Assembly: GCA_050084515.1 (NCBI GenBank)
Contig: CM114271.1
Location: 30,380,001-30,444,000, forward strand
Direction of reading: 5' to 3'
DNA length: 64,000 bases
Origin: Blasia pusilla
Lineage: Eukaryota
The notes under the pieces were generated by a model that was not told the DNA's origin, ran no database searches, and was given only the letters and a program-made list of their open reading frames with translations. The translations under genes were made by a program, and so were the position numbers. The first letter of the stretch is position 1; each line of letters starts with the position of its first letter. Positions 54,644-64,000 of the stretch are shown in pieces.

Positions 54644-54736
<93 letters not shown>
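54644..54736. repeat. (CT)n microsatellite, followed by a ~125-bp tandem duplication (54760-55020)
   Basis: Direct reading of the sequence. Confidence 0.95.
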
Positions 54737-54739
<3 letters not shown>

Positions 54740-56644
54740 AGAAATGTAAGCTTTGTACCACCTCCCACCTCTCTCCATTCCTTCCTCCCAGTGCACCCAT
54801 CGCACTCTCCGCCATTTTCCAACTCTCTCTTGGTCGGGCTATGAATCGAGCGGACAGATGGAAGCGCTCAGGCTGCATCAAATTGTCTCCCACCTCTCTG
54901 CATTCCTTCCTCCCAGTGCACCCATCACGCTCTCTAGCATTGTCCAACTCTCTCTCGGCCGGGCTATGAATCGAGCGGACATATGGAAGTGCTCAAGGTG
55001 CATCAAACCGTCTCCCACCCTTCTTTTATCTGGCGAGATCTCCAAGTCGTGCGTGCTTAAGATAGGAATATTTTTTGCAAGCGAAGCAACTACGGGGTGT
55101 GTTTCGTTTTGTGATATAAGGGAGACGAGTGATTTGGGATCTCCTTTTTTAATCGTTAGTGTATGTGGGGTGTTCATACAGAGCCTGTGAGTGGCGAATA
55201 TGTTTTGTCATGGTTGCATTTCTAGGGTTTCGATCTACAGCAATTGTAAGAGATTGTGGATGGTAGAGTAGGAAAATATTTGAGAGAAATGGCAATTAGA
55301 CTAACCGGTATGTGAACGGCATGTATCTTGGATATATGAGCATTGGTAACGTATTGAGGTCTACTGCAAGCATTAAAGACGACCCTTTGCGTAATTGCTA
55401 AAGAACATTTTGTCGTTCTCCCGATGTCATGAAATTGCAATTATATGTGCATTGAGCGTTTGTTTGAAAAAAGCTTTGACAAGCACGTCAGATCTAATTT
55501 GGTAGGCGACTTATAATAGTGAAATATTGGATATTGTGATCACCCAGTGGACTAGGAATTGTGCAGCAATAGACGATATAGTAATTGACCAATTTAAGCA
55601 TCTAATTTATAATTTCCTCTTGCATTTTAATCCGAGACCGTCAACTTTAGGATAGCTAAATGCCACAAAAGCTTGTTGAAGGTAGTTGTGGAGTCATAGA
55701 CGAGCAATTGGAGACCAGTCGCATCTCGCTTCGATTCGTGGGTGTATGAAGGTAGATCCGGTTACAAATCAACTTGCTTGATTTGACATCAAAAAATCCG
55801 ACTCGTTTGATTGTTAGCCGTAGAAGCTTTTCACGTACTGCACTATCGATTTCACATACTCTATTTGGGTTCATTTGAATTATCAAGCGGCTGCTCTATA
55901 TGATCTAAATCCTATGCTTCCCTGAAGTTGCTTTGTCTAGGGACTATTAATACGGATTGCAAGTGTTCCATGGACTATTTGGGGAGTATCCATTCTTTGC
56001 TGAGTCATCGTGGAGGTAGCTACTAGCAGCTTGTCTGATCGAAATTGACCCCTGATGGCTGCATAGGCAATTCTCGTCTCCGTGTGCACGATGGATCTGG
56101 GTCATGTCATAATTTTTGCTCTAAGATGATGCCTATTGAGAGTCAATTGCAGAATTCCAATTCAATCTAGCGGGTACGGGTTGCTCTACGTATCAATTGG
56201 CACTCGAGCGATTTTTGAGAGAAGGTGGTGCGGGGAGTGGTATAGGAATCGAGAGAGCGTTACAAAAAATGCCTCTTTCCTCGTCCCACCTGCTTTTTGC
56301 CATCAGGAATCGAAGCAAGAACGGGACTTCAAAACCCTCGAGTTGGTGCTTCATCCCTACAGATTACGTATATGTAAGCGTTTATATGATCGCAGCTGTG
56401 GACAAGCCAAAGCACCCGACCACTGTGATTATTATGTTGGGAATGGATGTGGGAGAGGTTATGTTCAAGATTGATATAGAGGGGATGGGGCGGCAGAATT
56501 GAAAATTGAGTCAGGGAAAAAGATTGTGTAGGCGACGGTCACCCTGACATTGCAATGCAAAATTGTGAGATATATTGATGCAGTGTGAGGTTGATAAGGG
56601 CAGGGAGGAGGCGTACAAGAGGTCGAGGAGAAATGGGAAGTGGG

Positions 56645-57300
<656 letters not shown>

Positions 57301-60300
57301 AGCTGCACCGTCCAACTAGGGCGCGGGGTCTATGGTCGCAAGGCTATGACAAGCACTACTTAATGAGTACAGTCTCTCTCTCATTTTGTCATTTCTCCCT
57401 TGTTTTTTTATTTCTCTCTACAATGTCCCTATCATACATCTCGCGCTCCTGATGTTCTAACTTCCTCGTGGCCGTAGCCATTTTTTATGCGGCCACAGTA
57501 TACTGTGCTCCCTGAGTCGGTGGAAAAACTCATCATGGTAGAGAGAGTGTCCAAGCGTGGCTACTCTGCTTCGATCAGAAGCTCTTGCAAACCTTCTGAT
57601 CAAAGGGATCCTTACATTGAACTTGGATTCGCTTTGCTTGGCGTTGGATGCAGAGAAGAGTTGGGTCATTTGGGTGCTCACCCGTGAGTGAGCAATGAGG
57701 AGGAGAATGAATGTATTGAAGAGGAAGGGAAAAGGTCCCATGAGCAAAGAACATCACTAGAGCGTCCCAATTATCTTTGTTTTTAAGGACTAGGTCTCCA
57801 AAATGTTCAGCAATGCAGAGCGGCAGAAGGAACGGGCTGGGAAATATGGCACACCTCGTGATGAGTATCTTTAGGTCTTGGAACTCTGGCTGCCCCTGTC
57901 TCCCACATGTTGTGGATTTAACTATCACGAGCATAGATTCAGATGCATGGAGAGGGATGATAAGACGTGGTGGATCCTGACCCAAAGAGGGATTTTAGCA
58001 AACAATCAGTGAGGGTACTAGCCGATTGCTCATGTCTCCAACTTTTTGCTCATGTGGTTTTAAAAGGACATTTTTTTGTGTATAGTGTGTGAGGCAAAAT
58101 TCAGATGCTTGTCTTTTCATACACTGCCATGATCAAGAAGATTGTGGATGTACATTCACTCTTTTGGTTTCCTCTCAAGTTTCTGCCCAAAGTCACTAAC
58201 GTTACTCTTAGTTTAACACAAGTCTTGATGTTCGTCATTTCAGAAGCTAAAGGGAAAATTGTTGCTCATTTGGCAAACTTTGCCTAAAATTCCATGAACT
58301 ATGAGTACTTTCAGAAGGTGTGACACTCTTATTCTCTTATGCAAAGTTTTGTCCCGTTATTACATCCTGTGAATCATGCTGCTTTCCGTGGATGAAGATT
58401 CATGGCTTTTTCGTGCTCACATAGTACTGCCCTGTTGAGTTTCATGAGTCTATCTTACCTACATCAAAGAATGTGATCAAACATGGCATAGTTATTATTT
58501 GTATTTTTTGTTTTATTGTCCCTTGTTACTGCCCTTGCTGCCATTTGTGAATCTGATCCTACAGAAGTGCTTGTTTGCCACAATGCTCTCTCTAATATTT
58601 TGTTTTTCTATCCATGGATTTTGTAGCTTCTACTTAACAGAGCCTAATGAGAGGTTGTATTGTAGGAGGAGCTTCCGTCATATTAAACTTGCGTAGTGAG
58701 TGTTATGCTTCAGTTGTCACTCTGAGTTTCATGCCCCACACCCACGCCAAGAGTGGACTTTCCCATCAGACAATATCTGGAAATAGCGAGAATTTCTTAC
58801 CAGTTCTGTCCTCTGCTCTTGAGGATGGGGGTTGGTCACCGTCAATGTGTAGTGCAGTATGGGGTTGTTTTTTTCGGGCATTTACTACTTGCGACATGAA
58901 AAGGGTGTATTGTACGGCTATGCCAATGAGCTAGGTCTATGCCTCAGTGTCTGAGCTTGACAACAAAGGTCATCCTGAGGCATATCGTGTAACCTTCAGC
59001 TACTTGATTTTATTTCTAAAGGTTTAAGAAGTTTGGTAGATTCTTGGACCCATCGAGCTGTGGATTGATGAGCAAGGCCATGTTAGAATGTTACAACTGG
59101 CAACTATATGTGGTCCATGCATGAAGATCCTTCAGAGGGATGTTGCCCTTTCTATTTCTTAATGTTCTCAAGAGTATGTTCAGTTGTATTTGAATTGCTC
59201 TCCAAGTTCAAAGATCTTAGTAGCAATTTACTTGCATTTCCTCCAAGAGAGCAAATGTCTGTATGTGCTCAGGATTTTTTGAGTGTATATAGAATGTGGT
59301 TCTGCCCTCATGGAGTGGTGGAGTTCCATGTGCACTAACTCACCCCTTGTCAAATCATGACTTTAAGAAGAATGTGCAGGTGGGAGTAGTCTACTTATCT
59401 CCATATAATTGGAATGGGAAGACTTTTCTGCAACAATTATGTAGAATGCTACTCAAATGGAGAATTCTCATGCTTAATGATCAGTTTCTGAGTGCATCAA
59501 TGAGCAGTACATCATTCTCCCTTCTCTCGTTAGAAATGTAATGGCATTTCACGAGTGGTATTTCTTTCTCATTAGCCAGGATGCAGCAAGGATAGCTTTA
59601 AAGACGTATATGCCAAATTATATCAGTTCATGATTTGATTCAAAACATTGGTGTTACTTTGTGATGATTGAAACCAGGTGAGTGGAGGCAGGCACAGAGA
59701 ATAAGGAGTGAGCTGCTCGTGAACTTGCACAAATCGGAGAGCTTCAATTTCTCCGACAGTGGTGTAGATCTTTGATCGCATCGGCGATGATCCACGAGTA
59801 GGATATGGTTTGGTAAAATTATCGTGCCATGGCGGTTGAGTTGGGAGTGGGTGCAATTCAAAACATAAATGGACATGAGGAATTTAGTAATTCAGATCCA
59901 TTACAAGTGAAAGATCTTTCAAAAGGAATTAATAAACTTATCAAAAACTCCAAAAATGATATCTACATTTAGTATCAATCCTATCAATATTATTGGTGCA
60001 GCGAGCTTGCATTCTTACCTAGTCAATAAAAATGACTCGTTCAGCCTTATTGCAATGACTAAAGGATTCATTCTGTCGTGTCTGCAACTCCCACAGTCAT
60101 ATTGTTATGACTACACTAGTTTTAGGGCCTTCCACTCTAGTCATGAGTCACTACTTGACGAGTGCTTAAATGTGACTATATGAGTATATTACAATATTGG
60201 AAAAAAATTGAAATGACTACACGAGTTGTTAAGTACGTCTGAATACGAGAATGTAATGATTGGTGGAGACATGACTATTACCGCCTCATCCATGGGGTAC

Positions 60301-62429
60301 ACCTCGCACATTGTCATTGGATATTGTTTACTTTTACATGACTAAACATGACTACTGTAGTCATTGGTGGTAACTAGAAAGATACCCTAGATATGACTAC
60401 ACGAGTTGTCTTCCAAAGTCCACATCATCAGTGACATGTCACACCAATTAGTCCACGTCATACGTTGATGTATCATTATTCCACGTCATCTAAGTGACGT
60501 GTTAGTCATGGCCTCATGACTACACTCTCTAGTTATGTACAAGCGTCCACCTAAGCCAACCATCCTAGTTAGCCTAGTCGCTAGACAAATATGACTTGGC
60601 TTTAGTGTCTAAAGTAGTCGTCAGTCATTGCCAGTCGTGGAATGTAAAGTATGACTCGTATGAGTCATATAACCCAGTCATAAAACCAAGGATTTCTTCT
60701 AGTGAGAGCGGGCAGGAAGAGCGGACCTCCGATTGCTCAGGAGCCATAGAGGATGGCCCCACCACAACACCAGTGTGACCATTGCCACAAATATGGTCAC
60801 ACTAGGGATCGATGTTTTGACCTTCGCCGAGGGGCACCTCCAGAGGTAGGCCGAGGGCCTGGGGGCAGTCGTCCTGGAGGAGGTCGGGGAGTTCTTCCTA
60901 GACGTGGTGGTAGAGGACCACCACCAGCTAGAGGAGATGGAGCAGGAGCACCAGAGTCGGCACTTCTCTCACGCATCGATCAGTTGGAGCAGAGGATTGC
61001 TGCCATGACGATGATGTAGCTTAGGGAAGGCACGGAGCTGCGAGCACCTAGTGTGACTCCAGCGTCTATCTCTTACCCTGACCTGGGTGAGGATCTCGCC
61101 AGTATGGGATTTATGTGTAGTGCAGCCCAGGTTGAGGCAGCTGCAGTGGTGACTCGGAGTGCTGCGAGAGGCACCAAACCATCGAGAGATGGAGTTGAGA
61201 TTGACCCACTAGAGGGGACCGATGGGCGTCAGGCCAGGGTTCCACAGTCATTCACATTGTTGGGAGCACTACACACACCATCGATGGTGCCTTGACGACC
61301 AACGGTGCCTACAGCTCAGGCACCTATGTCGACTTCACGAGGAGTTGGAGTGACAACTCCTATGCCGGCTCGAGTGGATTCAGTGTTGACCATAGTGTTG
61401 GAGGTGGCCACCAAAGTGAGTCAGACTCCACTATTTTCCGCCATAGAGTTGGCAACGTTGGGAGTTGGACCAGCTAAGGTGTTCCGGTTGGCCGCCACAT
61501 TGTGTGAGCGTGGAGAGATGACTGCTTCTTGTTCAGAGATAGTTGAGGAGGTGGTGGACTTGCCCTCAGAGCCGGTGCTCGGGACGTTCCCCACATAGTC
61601 ATGGCATGCGGCGGCGGCGAAGTTGGTAGATATGCCAGCTCGACCGGCCATAGAGCGAGCAGTGGTGACACCTGGAGTAGTGTTACTGGAGTATTTTGCT
61701 TGGTTAGTCCGACGGGGACAATATACCACCCGCAACGCGTCCTACTTGATTCGGGAGCGCAACCCTTGATGTAAGGGAAGGTGGCGTGTTTAGCGTTGGG
61801 GTTATGGAAGGCCGACATTGAGCCTTGTCCCTTCCAGATACAGACCTCGATTGGGGGCGTGTCACCCACGCAGTATATGACTCGACAAGAGATAGTTGTC
61901 AAAATCCAGCCAGAGCATGAGACGGATAGTGCTATGGTGCGCACACGTGCGATTACAACACCAGCTGAGTCGTACGATGTGTTGGTGGGGAGTACAGTAT
62001 TATATACCCTAGGATTCATCCTAGACTTCTGCAAGGAGACCGTTGCTTATCGGCCAGGATGGCGGTCAGGTGACGGCCGGACGAGGTGGACGATCATGAG
62101 GCGAGTCTATGACCACGTTGGCAGCTTTCACAGGTAGTGTTAGCTGACCAGGAGAGTTGTCGTAGGGGAACGCACATGCGGAGGATGTCCCAGTAGCGGA
62201 TTGTCCCACGTAGCGACAGGCCATGGCGAGTGTCTCTTCCCATGTTGGCGAGGCCTCTTCACCATTGTGGGGTATGACTTGAGAGCTACAGCGGATTGCC
62301 GATGACCTCGTGAGGCAGGCGTGGAGTCATGTTTTTATACCAGAGCAGCGAGAGTCACGTGGCGATCGGGTTCTTGGAGTGGAGACGTTGACCCCACTGG
62401 ATACCACACCCGTTGTGTGGCAGTGCCTA

Positions 62430-63090
62430 GAGGAGGGTGTTAGGGTGTTAGATCTCTTCGGAGGGATTAGCACCGGATTGGCTGCACTATTGCAGGCGGG
62501 CATACGGGTGCATCACTACCTTTATGTGGAGAGAGATGAGACCGCGCGGCAAGTATCATTATGTCACGTGGCGAGATTGGTCCAGAGGTATCCTGAGTTG
62601 TTGCCGGGATCTCAACATACGCTACCCACCGACATCTCTTTGGTGGGGGCGCAGGATCTGGATAGAGTTGGCACCATTCATTTGGTGATTGCTGGATGGC
62701 CATGTTGGGTCACGTGCCCATCATCCACGACTGCGGTGGACGAACCTGATACCATGAAAGGTACTGAGTCAAGCATACGGTGGAGTCCAGAGAGCACCAC
62801 ATCTCACAGTGGATGCTATTTTGGGCTCAGGGCGTCGATCTCAGGTGGTGACACGAGATGATAGACCACCGTTGGCCATGGCCAATAGGGTGGGGGAGTT
62901 GAGGGCAACCTTACCTACATTGGTGAGCTTCCCAGCATCCCATGCCTTTCGTCAGGGAGGGCCAGGCATGATTTGGGATGAGGTGACCGGAGCATTGGAG
63001 GAGCAGGGATGATTGAGGCATCCCGGAGACAGGTGTTGGGGCAGGCGATGGACCTTAAGTGTCTCACATGGATAGTCAGCCTAGGTATGG
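62430..63090 (+). pseudogene. Second DNMT3-like methyltransferase domain (E4), between PR and RT; motif VI region deleted
   Basis: VLDLFGGISTG; HLVIAGWPC; then a deletion joins to VGSRAHHPRLRWTNL; RRQVLGQAMDL. Confidence 0.88.
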
Positions 63091-64000
63091 CTGAGCAGAG
63101 ACGGATGCGAGTGTCATCCATGCCGTCACGTCCACGTACAGGGTCTGTACAGGCATTGGCTGGGGGCGAGACGAGGAGAGATAGGCACCCATGGACTTCT
63201 TGGGACGTCGTTCGAGCAGAGAGTGCAAAGGCGGCTAGAGTAGCACATGTTTATTTTTCGGATGTGAAGCATGGTGTAGGAGGTCAGAGTCGATTGGCTG
63301 TTGCGGAGGTAGCTAGGGTTGCTACATAGCAGCCAAAGCCGGAGGTTGCGTCCTCTCCGAGTGAGGTCACGATGGAGACTTGGGAGCATGTGATAGGTCT
63401 CAAGTTGATAGGAGGAGAGCGACGGCGGGTTCATAGGTTTCTGAGAGGGCATGTCAATTGTTTAGCCTTCAGTATGAGAGACTTGGGTACGCTGAAGGGT
63501 CCCAGGATACAGATTGAGTTGGCTAGTGATACGCCGATCTTTCGTCGACCCTACAAGTATTCTGATATGGAGCGAGCCTTGATTCAGAGCAAGAGTCAGG
63601 ACTTGTTGGAGGCAGGACTTGTGGAGTTATCACATGGGGAGTATGCATTTGCCACAGTCATGCCGGCGAAGAAGGATATGTATGGCAATTGGACGGATAG
63701 GCGGATGTGTGGAGATTACCGTCCTATCAATCGACAGACGAGGTCAGATCGGTATGCCATGCCTACTCCTGAGGAGATCTTTGATGCGGTAGGGCATGTA
63801 GAGATCTTTAGTACTTTAGATGTCCGTGCTGGCCATCATCAGCTTCCTATCAGGTTGGAGGACAGGGAGAAGACAGCATTCAGGGGGATAGATCGGTTTG
63901 GGAGAGATTTCTTGTATCATTGGCGGTTCTTACCATTTGGGTTGAAGAACGCGCCTGCAGAGTCTCAGAGAGTGATGGATAGGATTCTGGCTGGCTTGGA

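Noticed and set aside
54397-54969. SLSL/ERER-rich ORFs (also at ~8700 and ~57000)
   Set aside because: Translations of (CT)n microsatellites.

Overview
Repeat-rich nuclear DNA from a land plant, probably a non-seed plant such as a bryophyte (inferred from spliceosomal plant genes, plant TE families and organelle-derived fragments). Host genes are a 3-exon TMEM42-like membrane protein (17019-17631 +), a 3-exon CYP71-clan cytochrome P450 (22977-26645 +) and a small conserved plant gene (40026-40875 -, 5' exon unresolved). Most of the window is transposons. The most notable are at least five copies (E0-E4) of a Ty3/Gypsy-type retroelement whose reconstructed coding order is gag(2xCCHC)-protease-DNMT3-like C5 cytosine methyltransferase-RT-RNaseH-DDE integrase-PHD finger. 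These elements lack ordinary LTRs. Their termini are split direct repeats, A ... PPT-B-NN-A-B, and the two complete copies (1660-6341, 8911-13596) are bounded by TG...CA-type ends and 4-bp target-site duplications. The window also holds a TSD-bounded hAT element, a decayed CACTA transposase, an 8.5-kb non-autonomous CACTA carrying a TYW3 gene fragment, and small NUMT/NUPT scraps. All TE reading frames are degenerate. Product calls come from motif recognition by eye, with no database search.
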